DNA from: an uncultured Clostridia bacterium
GTDB taxonomy: Bacteria; Bacillota; Clostridia; TANB77; CAG-508
Direction of reading: 5' to 3'
Length of the DNA stretch: 64,000 bases
Assembly (NCBI GenBank): GCA_947629555.1
Contig: CANRED010000006.1
Location: 102-64,101, forward strand
Each line of letters begins with the position of its first letter. Position 1 is the first letter of the stretch. The notes under the pieces are model-generated. The model was not told the DNA's origin, searched no databases, and worked only from the letters and a program-made list of their open reading frames with translations. Made by a program: the position numbers and the translations under genes. Of this stretch, positions 19,037-27,425 are shown piece by piece.

Positions 19037-19525
19037 ATGTTGAGTATAATAGTTGCAATAGCAAATAAAAATGTAATAGGTAAAGATAATACACTAATTT
19101 GGCATTTACCAGAAGATTTAAAAAGATTTAAAACAATTACTAGTGGTAAAACAATTATAATGGGAAGAAAAACATTTGAATCTTTAGGAAGAGTATTGCC
19201 AAACAGAAAGCATATTGTATTATGCAATGATATGGAAATGAAAATAGACAATGAAAATGTAGAAGTAGTTAAAGATATAAAATATTTAGATAAATACATA
19301 AATTCAGATGAAGAAAATTTTATAATTGGTGGAGCTACAATATACAAATTATTGATGCCATATGCAAATAAAATGTATATAACTAAAATTAACCAAGATT
19401 TTGATGGTGATGCATTTTTTCCAAAAATAAGTGAAGAAGAATGGAAGATAATAGATATACAAAAAGGAATAAAGGACGAACAAAATCCTTATGACTATGA
19501 ATATATAACTTATGTAAGAAAATAA
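19037..19525 (+). CDS. folA: Dihydrofolate reductase
   Basis: IVAIANKNVIGKDNTLIWHLPEDLKRFK and IMGRKTFES motifs. 162 aa. Confidence 0.9.
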   Translation: MLSIIVAIANKNVIGKDNTLIWHLPEDLKRFKTITSGKTIIMGRKTFESLGRVLPNRKHIVLCNDMEMKIDNENVEVVKDIKYLDKYINSDEENFIIGGATIYKLLMPYANKMYITKINQDFDGDAFFPKISEEEWKIIDIQKGIKDEQNPYDYEYITYVRK

Positions 19526-19545
19526 ATTGTTATACATTAGATACT

Positions 19546-19575
19546 ATAGGGGTCGATGCCCACATCGACCCGCAC
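19546..19575 (+). repeat. REP-like hairpin (ATAG foot)
   Basis: GGGTCGATG-ccca-CATCGACCC at 19550-19571. Confidence 0.7.
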
Positions 19576-19608
19576 TTCAAAGGCATACATAAATTATAAA
19601 AAAAATTA

Positions 19609-20845
19609 CCAATTCAAAAAATTAAAGCAACAAAATAGATAAAAAAATAGACACATATTAAAATCCAATATATAATGTAAGTGCTAACAAAACATTAAAA
19701 GGAGATTAATATGTGTTTAAATAATTGTAACATAGAAGTAGAAGAAAATAAAGAGAGAAAAATAAATTGTGATTTAACATATGAAGAAAGACTAGAAATA
19801 GAAAGAATGTTAAAAAGTAGAACAAAATATACAATACAACAAATAGCAGATGAAATAAAAAGAAATAAATCAATAGTATCACGTGAAATTCAAAGAAACT
19901 CATATATAAAATGGAACGACAGAATAGCAAAATATGTAAGGATATATTCAGCAACAAAAGCACAGTGGCAATATGAATATAGGAAGAAAAATGCTGGAAG
20001 AAAGTCGTCAGTAGAAACAGATAGAGCGATGAAGCAATTTATTGAAGATAAAATATTAAAAGAAAAATGGTCACCCAAAGAAGTAGCAGGATATATAAAA
20101 AAGCATAATATAAAATTTAAAATACAACCAAGTTTTCAAGCGATATACTATTGGATAGAAAAGAAACAGCTAAAAATAAAAGAAATAGATTTAGTGCATA
20201 AAATGAAATTAGAATCAAAGAGTAAGGAAGAGAGAACAGAGAGATTTCCAAGAAATGAAGAAAAAAGTATTCATAGTAGACCAGAAGAAATAGAAAGGAA
20301 TAAAGAATTTGGTCATTGGGAATTAGATTGTGTAGAAGGAAAGAAAGATAGTAAAAAGACGTATATGACACTATTAGAAAGAGTTACAAAAAAATATATA
20401 GTAATAGAAATGAAAGAACATACAAATCAATGTGTAAAAGAAGCAATAGATAGTTTAGAAGAAAGATATGGAAAATATTTTAAAGAAATATTTAAAAGTA
20501 TGACAACAGATAATGGACATGAGTTTTTAAATTATGAAAAAATAGAGAAATCAAAAAACGATGAAAAAGAACGACGAACAATAGTATATTATACAGATCC
20601 ATATAGTGCATGGCAAAAGGGAATGAATGAAAATTGTAATGGAATATTGAGAAGATTTATACCTAAAGGGACAGATTTAAATAAGATAACAACAGAGAAA
20701 TTAGAAAATATATTAAAAAAGATAAATGGAAAACCAAGAGCAATATTAGGATATGAAACAGCAGATGAATTATTTGAGAAAGAAATAAAAAGAATAGTTG
20801 CATAAAAATATATATTGGATTTTGTTGCTATTGAATTTTGAATGG
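19609..20845 (+). mobile_element. IS30-family insertion sequence (~1.24 kb)
   Basis: Imperfect terminal inverted repeats CCAATTCAAAAAATTAAAGCAACAAAAT (left) and CCATTCAAAATTCAATAGCAACAAAAT (reverse complement of the right end). It holds a single transposase ORF and is flanked by an identical 16-mer, ATTATAAAAAAAATTA, at 19593-19608 and 20848-20863. Confidence 0.7.
19711..20805 (+). CDS. IS30-family DDE transposase
   Basis: N-terminal HTH, HWELDCVEG and TDNGHEF / QKGMNENCNGILRRFIPKG core motifs typical of IS30 transposases. Confidence 0.9.
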   Translation: MCLNNCNIEVEENKERKINCDLTYEERLEIERMLKSRTKYTIQQIADEIKRNKSIVSREIQRNSYIKWNDRIAKYVRIYSATKAQWQYEYRKKNAGRKSSVETDRAMKQFIEDKILKEKWSPKEVAGYIKKHNIKFKIQPSFQAIYYWIEKKQLKIKEIDLVHKMKLESKSKEERTERFPRNEEKSIHSRPEEIERNKEFGHWELDCVEGKKDSKKTYMTLLERVTKKYIVIEMKEHTNQCVKEAIDSLEERYGKYFKEIFKSMTTDNGHEFLNYEKIEKSKNDEKERRTIVYYTDPYSAWQKGMNENCNGILRRFIPKGTDLNKITTEKLENILKKINGKPRAILGYETADELFEKEIKRIVA

Positions 20846-20883
20846 ACATTATAAAAAAAATTATAAAAAAATTAAAAAAAATA

Positions 20884-20912
20884 TTGACAAGCAATAAAAA
20901 ATATATTATACT
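20884..20912 (+). promoter_or_regulatory. Consensus promoter for the tRNA pair
   Basis: TTGACA, 17-nt spacer, TATACT, about 20 nt upstream of the first tRNA. Confidence 0.7.
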
Positions 20913-20931
20913 AAGTCATGCATTAAGAGAT

Positions 20932-21008
20932 GCGCCCTTAGCTCAGTTGGTCAGAGCAACCGGCTCATAACCGGTGGGTCCAAGGTTCGAATCCTTGAGG
21001 GCGCACCA
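20932..21008 (+). tRNA. tRNA with CAU anticodon (Met, or lysidine-modified Ile2)
   Basis: Cloverleaf: acceptor GCGCCCT/AGGGCGC, anticodon loop CTCATAA, T-arm CAAGG-TTCGAAT-CCTTG, encoded CCA. Confidence 0.9.
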
Positions 21009-21035
21009 TTTTTTATGTAAAAAATTCATATACAT

Positions 21036-21121
21036 GGGTAGGTGGCCGAGTGGCTAAAGGCGGCAGACTGTAAATCTGTTCTCATTTGAGTACGATGGTT
21101 CGAATCCATCCCTGCCCACCA
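21036..21121 (+). tRNA. tRNA-Tyr (GUA), long variable arm
   Basis: Acceptor GGGTAGG/CCTGCCC, anticodon loop CTGTAAA, T-arm GATGG-TTCGAAT-CCATC, encoded CCA. Confidence 0.9.
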
Positions 21122-21122
21122 T

Positions 21123-21156
21123 AAAGTACTTCATAGTTTCACTATGAAGTACTTTT
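21123..21156 (+). terminator. Terminator after the tRNA pair
   Basis: 15-bp stem AAAGTACTTCATAGT / ACTATGAAGTACTTT. Confidence 0.7.
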
Positions 21157-21249
21157 GTATGCTAAAAAATGGATTGATTTATATAGTAGTTAATAGTAAA
21201 AGCCCCCAGTATTGTACTAGGGGCTTAACTGATGCCATTTTGATTTACG

Positions 21250-21717
21250 TTAAAATTCAATTGAAATTTCCAAGCAGGACATTCCTTCAAAATCAAAAAT
21301 TGTAGCAGAAATATCTGTGCCTTTAGTTGCATTAATAATGTAGTCATAGAGCATTTCTACTGTCATAGGAGAGTCGCTACTTTTACTTGGCTCAAATTTA
21401 AAAATAATCCTATTATTTTCTTCATTACCAAAATACGGAACGTCACTATCTGTATTAAGATAAACATTACCGTCTTTTAAAATATAAATTTGAATGCCAA
21501 ATTTACCAATGAAATGTTTCTGTTGACTGTCCAAGTATTCTTGAATTTTTGCATCTAATGCAGGAACAATTCTTTCATTTAAAAAGCAATTTGCCTGATA
21601 TTCAAACCAAAAGTCAGTGGTGGGAACCACATCATCAATTTTGGGTCGACTTAGGCCGAATTTTTCTCTCAAATTATCGAATTCCTGCTGGTACCGTTTT
21701 AAAATTAAAAATGACAT
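21250..21717 (-). CDS. Orphan hypothetical protein (155 aa)
   Basis: Strong GGAGGAG RBS. GC-rich terminator hairpin AGCCCC...GGGGCT downstream at about 21200-21226. No family recognised. It contains an in-frame CGG at 21694-21696. Confidence 0.6.
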   Translation of the reverse strand: MSFLILKRYQQEFDNLREKFGLSRPKIDDVVPTTDFWFEYQANCFLNERIVPALDAKIQEYLDSQQKHFIGKFGIQIYILKDGNVYLNTDSDVPYFGNEENNRIIFKFEPSKSSDSPMTVEMLYDYIINATKGTDISATIFDFEGMSCLEISIEF

Positions 21718-21847
21718 AAAATCTCCTCCTTCTAAGAGATAAAATAATACCTGCTTTCCGGAGGATACCCTCCGAAAAGAAAATTCCGGAAGGTAATACC
21801 TTCATGCAAATAAATATATCATGAATTATGTAAAATGTAAATAGGTA

Positions 21848-21876
21848 TTGACAAGTAACAATTTTAATACTATTAT
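21848..21876 (+). promoter_or_regulatory. mgtE promoter
   Basis: TTGACA, 17-nt spacer, TATTAT. Confidence 0.6.
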
Positions 21877-21889
21877 AATATATATAAAA

Positions 21890-21939
21890 AATACAAATCT
21901 TTAAGGGTACGCTTTGACGTACCCTTAAAGATTTGTATT
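21890..21939 (+). promoter_or_regulatory. Perfect 21-22-bp stem-loop at the 5' end of the mgtE leader
   Basis: ATACAAATCTTTAAGGGTACG-ctttga-CGTACCCTTAAAGATTTGTAT, ending 10 nt before the RBS AGAGGTG. Confidence 0.7.
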
Positions 21940-21957
21940 ATAAAAGAGGTGTTAAAA

Positions 21958-23305
21958 ATGGAAAATAATAGCGTACAAGAAAAAATAACAGAATTATTAG
22001 AAAATAGGAAATTTAGCGATTTAAGAAAATTATTAGAAGACATAAATAGCACTGACTTGTCGTTATTATTAAATGACCTCTCAGTAGAAAATATGGTATT
22101 AACATTTAGACTATTAAGCAAAGATCAAGCAGCAGAAACATTTTCATATATGGAACCTGAGTTACAAGAAAAATTAATATTATCATTAACAGATAAAGAA
22201 CTGAAAGAAGTAGTAGACGAATTGTTTATGGACGATACAGTTGACTTAATAGAAGAAATGCCATCTAATGTTGTAAAAAGAATACTAAGGACTATTCCTT
22301 CACAAGAAAGACAAATTGTAAATGAATTTTTGAAATATCCATCAGATAGTGCTCGGAAGTATTATGACAAATGAATTTGTTGATTTAAAAGAAAATATGA
22401 CAGTCGAACAAGCTTTTCAAAAGATTAAAAAAATAGGAATAGATAAAGAAACAATTTATACTTGTTATGTTTTAAATATGAGCAGAAAACTAATTGGTGT
22501 AGTTACTGCAAAAGATTTATTGTTAGCAGATAGAGATAAACTAATAAAAGATATAATGGATACAAATATAATATCTGTAAATACATTAGAAGATAAGGAA
22601 ATTGTTGCAAAAACATTTGATAAATATGATATTATAGTTTTACCAGTTGTAGATATGGAAAATAGATTAGTAGGAATTGTAACAATAGATGATGCTATAG
22701 ACGTAATTCAAGACGAGAATACAGAGGACTTTGAAAAAATGGCTGCTATTACACCAACAGATGATAGTTATTTTAAAACTTCTGTATTTGGACATGCAAA
22801 ACATAGAATAATTTGGCTGTTATTACTTATGCTTTCTTCAATGATAACAGGAGGAATAATAACAAATTATGAAAATGCATTTGCAGCAGTGCCACTTTTA
22901 GTTTCTTTTATTCCAATGTTAATGGATACAGGAGGAAATTGTGGTTCACAAAGTTCAACTTTAATAATTCGTGGACTTGCAATGGAAGAAATAAAGACAA
23001 AAGATGTTTTTAAAGCCCTTTGGAAAGAAATTCGTGTTGCTGTATTTGTAGGTATAATTTTAGCTATAATTAATGCAATAAGAATTATTATACAATACAA
23101 TGATATAAACTTAGCAATAACAGTAGGAATAACATTAATTGCAACAGTTATGTTAGCAAAATCATTAGGATGCATACTACCGATGTTAGCAAAAAAACTA
23201 AAATTAGATCCAGCAATAATGGCAGCACCATTAATTACAACAATAGTAGATACATGTTCTGTATTAATATTCTTTAACATAGCTGTTATGGTAATGAATA
23301 TATAA
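21958..23305 (+). pseudogene. mgtE: Magnesium transporter MgtE, interrupted by one +1 frameshift at an in-frame CGG
   Basis: The MgtE N-domain ORF ends at 22374. Skipping one nt at CGG 22354-22356 gives ...YPSDSA|GSIMTNEFVDL and continues through the CBS pair and the TM domain (22349-23305 ORF). The span is 3n+1 nt. Confidence 0.85.
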
Positions 23306-23340
23306 ATTCAATATAATTATATTTTCTATTTATATAATAC

Positions 23341-23366
23341 GTAGGGAACAGACCAATGTCGTTCCT
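23341..23366 (+). repeat. REP-like GTAG hairpin (degenerate)
   Basis: GTAGGGAACAGACCAATGTCGTTCC. Confidence 0.55.
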
Positions 23367-23394
23367 GAAGTCTATATAATCATAGGAGGCTAAA

Positions 23395-24270
23395 ATGTTA
23401 GACAGATGTACATTATGTGCACATAGATGTAAAGTAAATAGATTAAATGGTCAAGTTGGAAGATGCAAGTCAAATGATAAAATAAAGATGGCACTTGCAT
23501 CTTTACACTTATTTGAGGAGCCTTGTATAAGTGGAAAAAATGGTTCTGGTACAGTATTTTTTTCTAACTGTAATTTGAACTGCAAGTTCTGTCAAAATTA
23601 TGAAATAAGTCAATTAGGAAAAGGAAAAGAAATAACTGTAGAAGAATTAGCAAATATTTTTATTGAACAACAAGAAAAGAAGGCTGAAAACATTAATTTA
23701 GTTACTCCTACTATGTATGTTTATCAAATAATAGAAGCTATAAAAATTGCAAGAAATAATGGGTTAAAAATACCTATAGTATATAACACAAATGCCTACG
23801 AAACAGTAGAAACAATAAAACTTTTAGATGGTTATGTTGATATATACTTGCCAGATTTAAAATATTATTATGATGAAACAGCTTATAAATATTCTAAAAT
23901 AAAAAACTATTTTTCTACTGCAACAGAAGCAATTAAAGAAATGTATAATCAAGTAGGAGTACCTATATTAGATAAAAACGGAATGATGAAGAAAGGACTA
24001 ATGATAAGACATTTAGTTTTGCCTAATAATATAGAAAATTCAAAACAAGTGTTAAAGTGGATAAAAGACAATTTAGATAATAATATATATGTAAGTGTAA
24101 TGGCACAATATTTTCCAACATACTTAGCAAAAGAAGATGAAACAATAAACAGAAAACTTACAAAGAAAGAATATGAAGAAATAGAAAATTATTTATATAG
24201 TTTAGATTTAGATAATGGTTATATTCAAGAACTTGGAGAACATGAGGAAGAGTATGTTCCGAATTTTTAA
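23395..24270 (+). CDS. Radical SAM protein (PflX-like activating enzyme family)
   Basis: CNLNCKFCQNYEIS CxxxCxxC cluster motif. 291 aa. Confidence 0.75.
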   Translation: MLDRCTLCAHRCKVNRLNGQVGRCKSNDKIKMALASLHLFEEPCISGKNGSGTVFFSNCNLNCKFCQNYEISQLGKGKEITVEELANIFIEQQEKKAENINLVTPTMYVYQIIEAIKIARNNGLKIPIVYNTNAYETVETIKLLDGYVDIYLPDLKYYYDETAYKYSKIKNYFSTATEAIKEMYNQVGVPILDKNGMMKKGLMIRHLVLPNNIENSKQVLKWIKDNLDNNIYVSVMAQYFPTYLAKEDETINRKLTKKEYEEIENYLYSLDLDNGYIQELGEHEEEYVPNF

Positions 24271-24364
24271 AAATTTTAATAATGTAAATTATCTTGATAA
24301 TGAAAAAATCAAAGAGTATACATTTTAAACAAGTATTTAAAGTCAGGTTAAATATAGATTAATT

Positions 24365-24393
24365 TTGACATTTAACATAAAGCATGATATAAT
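24365..24393 (+). promoter_or_regulatory. Consensus extended -10 promoter of WG-repeat gene 1
   Basis: TTGACA, 17-nt spacer, TATAAT, with TG at -15/-14. Confidence 0.7.
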
Positions 24394-24476
24394 TTAACAG
24401 CTAATATTTAGCATCCTTTTTACACCGTGAAAAGGCAACGAAGTAAAACAAAATTGTTTTAAGGAGGTATTTTATT

Positions 24477-24911
24477 ATGGCAATTCAGACAAGCAAGTAC
24501 GACTATGTAGGAGATTTCTGCGAAGGATTTGCAAAAGTTCGCAGTCGTGGTGGCAAATGGGGTTTCATTGACGAAAGAGGCAACGAAATCTGCGAATTCA
24601 AGTACGATTTTGTAGATAATTTTTACAACGGCTTTGCAGGAGTTATTGTTGACGACAAATGGGGTTTCATTGACAGAAACGGCAAAGAAATATGCGAATT
24701 CAAGTACGATTCTGTAAAAGATTTCTTACATGGCTTTGCAGCAATTTGCACTGACGACAAATGGGGTTTCATAAACGAAAACGGCGAAGAAATCTGCGAT
24801 ATTAAGTACGATTATGTAGGAAGTTTCTACAACGGCATTGCAGACGTTCGTGTTGACGGTGCGTGGTATCACATGAACACTGAAGGCAAATTGCAAAAAA
24901 TCATCTGGTAA
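24477..24911 (+). CDS. Leaderless WG-repeat protein (4 repeats)
   Basis: About 34-aa repeats of the form KYDxVxxFxxGFAxVxxDDKWGFIxENGxEIC. AAGGAGGT RBS. No signal peptide. Confidence 0.8.
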   Translation: MAIQTSKYDYVGDFCEGFAKVRSRGGKWGFIDERGNEICEFKYDFVDNFYNGFAGVIVDDKWGFIDRNGKEICEFKYDSVKDFLHGFAAICTDDKWGFINENGEEICDIKYDYVGSFYNGIADVRVDGAWYHMNTEGKLQKIIW

Positions 24912-24979
24912 TGCCAAAAGAAAAGGGGGATTCAATGAATTCTCCTTTTTCTATTGTATAGAAAAAATCAATGCAAATT

Positions 24980-25010
24980 GTAGGGGGTCGGCGTCCCGAC
25001 GACCCGTTTT
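24980..25010 (+). repeat. REP-like GTAG hairpin
   Basis: GTAG then GGGTCGGCG-tcc-CGACGACCC, preceded by AAAAATCAATGCAAATT. Confidence 0.75.
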
Positions 25011-25038
25011 TCAACATTATAAAAATTCATTGCAAAAT

Positions 25039-25066
25039 GTAGGGGTCGCACGGTGTGCGACCCGTT
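25039..25066 (+). repeat. REP-like GTAG hairpin
   Basis: GTAG then GGGTCGCAC-ggt-GTGCGACCC, preceded by AAAAATTCATTGCAAAAT. Confidence 0.75.
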
Positions 25067-25098
25067 TCTTGTTGCATAGAAAAATTCATTGCAAGAGT

Positions 25099-25138
25099 GT
25101 AGGGAACAGACCGGGGGCGTCGTTCCGCGTGGCGAAGC
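25099..25138 (+). repeat. REP-like GTAG hairpin plus GTGGCGAAGC tail
   Basis: GTAG GGAACAGACC ggggg CGTCGTTCC then GCGTGGCGAAGC. Confidence 0.7.
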
Positions 25139-25213
25139 TTGTATAAAAAATCACTTACCATGAATATACTTTTTATACAAGTATTAAAAAAACGGTTTAA
25201 ATATAGAGCAATT

Positions 25214-25242
25214 TTGACATTTAACATAAAGCATGATATAAT
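25214..25242 (+). promoter_or_regulatory. Consensus promoter of WG-repeat gene 2
   Basis: TTGACA, 17-nt spacer, TATAAT. The promoter and leader are near-identical to 24347-24476. Confidence 0.7.
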
Positions 25243-25325
25243 CTAACAGCTAATATTTAGCATCCTTTTTACACCGTGAAAAGGCAACAAAGTAAAACAA
25301 AATTGTTTTAAGGAGGTATTTTATT

Positions 25326-25859
25326 ATGGCAATTCAGACAAGCAAGTACGATTATGTAGTAAATTGCTGCAATGGCTTTGCAGCAATTTGCACTGACAAC
25401 AAATGGGGTTTCATAAACGAAAACGGCGAAAAAATCTGCGAGATTAAGTATGATGATGTAGGATTTTTCTGGGAAGGTTTTGCAACAGTTCGTGCCGGCG
25501 ACAAGCATGGTTTCGTTGACGAAAACGGCAAAGAAATTTGCAAAATCAAATACGATAATCTAAGAAGATTCCACAATGGCTTTGCAGCAGTTTGCGCTGA
25601 CGACAAATGGGGCTTCATAAACGAAAACGGCGAAGAAATCTGCGAGATTAAGTACGATGATGTAGGACATTTCTGCGAAGGCTTTGCATTAGTTTGTGTT
25701 AACTACAAATGGGGTTTCATAAACGAAAACGGCAAAGAAATCTGCGAGATTAAGTACGATGATGTGAGAAATTTCGTCAACAGCTTTGCAGACGTTCGTG
25801 TTGACGGCGTGTGGTATCGCATGAACACAGCAGGCAAATTGCTTGACAATCTAAAGTAA
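25326..25859 (+). CDS. Leaderless WG-repeat protein (5 repeats), paralog of 24477-24911
   Basis: Same MAIQTSKYDYV N-terminus and the same repeat architecture as 24477-24911. Confidence 0.8.
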   Translation: MAIQTSKYDYVVNCCNGFAAICTDNKWGFINENGEKICEIKYDDVGFFWEGFATVRAGDKHGFVDENGKEICKIKYDNLRRFHNGFAAVCADDKWGFINENGEEICEIKYDDVGHFCEGFALVCVNYKWGFINENGKEICEIKYDDVRNFVNSFADVRVDGVWYRMNTAGKLLDNLK

Positions 25860-26052
25860 ATTGCAAAAAATCTGTTAATGCCAAAATGAAAGGAGGATTC
25901 GATGAATCTTCCTTTTTCTATGTGGCGAAACCTACTTTTAACCAAATAAAGGAGTATCCCATGTAAAATATTTACACGATTGAAAATTTAGAATAATTTG
26001 CCAAAAAATGTAGAATGTGCTATAATAATTCTATAGTACCTAAGAAAAGGGT

Positions 26053-26394
26053 GTGAGTTATATGGAATTATTATGTATAATATACATATTAATATTTTTA
26101 ATATTTGCATTAGTAGCATTTGCAGTATTACAAATAAGAATGGCAGGAATTAAAGTAAAAGATTTTTATAGTTTCATAGAGGCAAATCAAAAATTAGATA
26201 AATTATATTTATTTGCAAAAAAATATGAACAATTATCTCAGCAACAGCAAATTATATTTTTAATGGAGGCAGAGTCAATTTTTAAAGCTTTTGATAAAGT
26301 ACCAGATGAATTATGGGAAGAAGATTATGATAAATATATGAAGGTTTTAGATACATACAAAGATATAAAAGTTGTAAGATGGGCATCAAATTAA
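26053..26394 (+). CDS. Small N-terminally anchored hypothetical protein
   Basis: 113-aa ORF with one TM helix. The start is uncertain (GTG 26053 or ATG 26062). Confidence 0.5.
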   Translation: MSYMELLCIIYILIFLIFALVAFAVLQIRMAGIKVKDFYSFIEANQKLDKLYLFAKKYEQLSQQQQIIFLMEAESIFKAFDKVPDELWEEDYDKYMKVLDTYKDIKVVRWASN

Positions 26395-26401
26395 AAAATA
26401 C

Positions 26402-26437
26402 AAAAAATGAATAGTTAAAAACTATTCATTTTTTTTG
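26402..26437 (+). terminator. Rho-independent terminator
   Basis: AAAAAATGAATAGTT-aaaa-ACTATTCATTTTTTTT. Confidence 0.75.
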
Positions 26438-26537
26438 CATATATGCTTGTTAGAATAAGTGTTTTGTAATATAATATGTAGGAATATAAAATAATATGGA
26501 AAACTTTGTATTTTAATCATTTTTTGTGGAGGTATTT

Positions 26538-27407
26538 ATGAATATTTTATCTTTAGATGATTTTTCTGTAGAAGAAGTTAATGAAATTTTAGATAGTGCA
26601 AATGAATTTGCAAATGGTAAAGAAGTAGATTACAAAGGGAAAAAAGTAGTAGCAAACTTATTTTTTGAGCCATCTACAAGAACGCATTATAGTTTCGAAA
26701 AAGCAGCATTGAATTTAAATTGCAAAACAATGAATTTTGACGAAAGCAATTCAAGTACAAAAAAAGGTGAAACACTATATGACACTGTAAAAGTATTTGA
26801 TATGCTTGGAGTAGATGCAGTAGTTATAAGACATACTCAAAATGCATATTATAATGAATTAGTAGGCAAATTAAAAGCACCAATACTAAATGCAGGTGAC
26901 GGAACAGGAAATCATCCTTCACAATCGCTATTAGACTTACTTACAATAAAAAGAGAGTTTGGAAAATTTGAAGGATTAAAAGTAGTAATAGTTGGAGATA
27001 TTAAACACTCAAGAGTTGCACATTCAAATATAAAAATAATGGAAAGATTAGGTATGACTGTATATACATCAGGACCTGAAGAATACAAAGAAGAAGGCTT
27101 TAATTATGTTGAGTTAGATAAAATAATAAGTGAAGTAGATATAGTTATGTTATTAAGAGTGCAACACGAAAGACATGAATCACTTATGAAGTTATCATTG
27201 GAGGAATATCATAAGAATTATGGACTAAATATGGAAAGAGTAAATAAAATGAGAGAAAAAGCAATTATTATGCATCCTGCACCTTTCAATAGAGGGGTAG
27301 AAATAGCAGATGATGTTGTAGAATGCAAAAAATCTAGAATATTTGAGCAAATGCGAAACGGCGTTTTTGTTAGAATGGCAATGATATATAAAGCTATAGA
27401 AGAATAA
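26538..27407 (+). CDS. pyrB: Aspartate carbamoyltransferase catalytic subunit
   Basis: FFEPSTRT, HPSQ and HPAPFNRG motifs. ATG 26538 follows a GGAGG RBS. Confidence 0.92.
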   Translation: MNILSLDDFSVEEVNEILDSANEFANGKEVDYKGKKVVANLFFEPSTRTHYSFEKAALNLNCKTMNFDESNSSTKKGETLYDTVKVFDMLGVDAVVIRHTQNAYYNELVGKLKAPILNAGDGTGNHPSQSLLDLLTIKREFGKFEGLKVVIVGDIKHSRVAHSNIKIMERLGMTVYTSGPEEYKEEGFNYVELDKIISEVDIVMLLRVQHERHESLMKLSLEEYHKNYGLNMERVNKMREKAIIMHPAPFNRGVEIADDVVECKKSRIFEQMRNGVFVRMAMIYKAIEE

Positions 27408-27425
27408 TTAAAGAGGTAGAAAATA

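Noticed and set aside
20932-21860. A tRNA-adjacent integrative island or prophage remnant.
   Set aside because: Only one orphan gene lies between the tRNAs and mgtE. There is no integrase, no attachment-site duplicate of the tRNA 3' end and no phage genes. The only mobile gene nearby is the separate IS30 copy.
21884-21957. An M-box (ykoK) Mg riboswitch upstream of mgtE.
   Set aside because: The leader is only about 70 nt and contains a single perfect stem-loop. The M-box needs about 160 nt with three helices.
24953-25140. A possible mini-CRISPR array: three GC-rich palindromic repeats spaced about 60 bp apart.
   Set aside because: The repeat stems are not identical, and the would-be spacers share a conserved sequence (AAAAATTCATTGCAA). 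There are only three units and no cas genes. The same units occur singly throughout the window, so it is a REP-like cluster.
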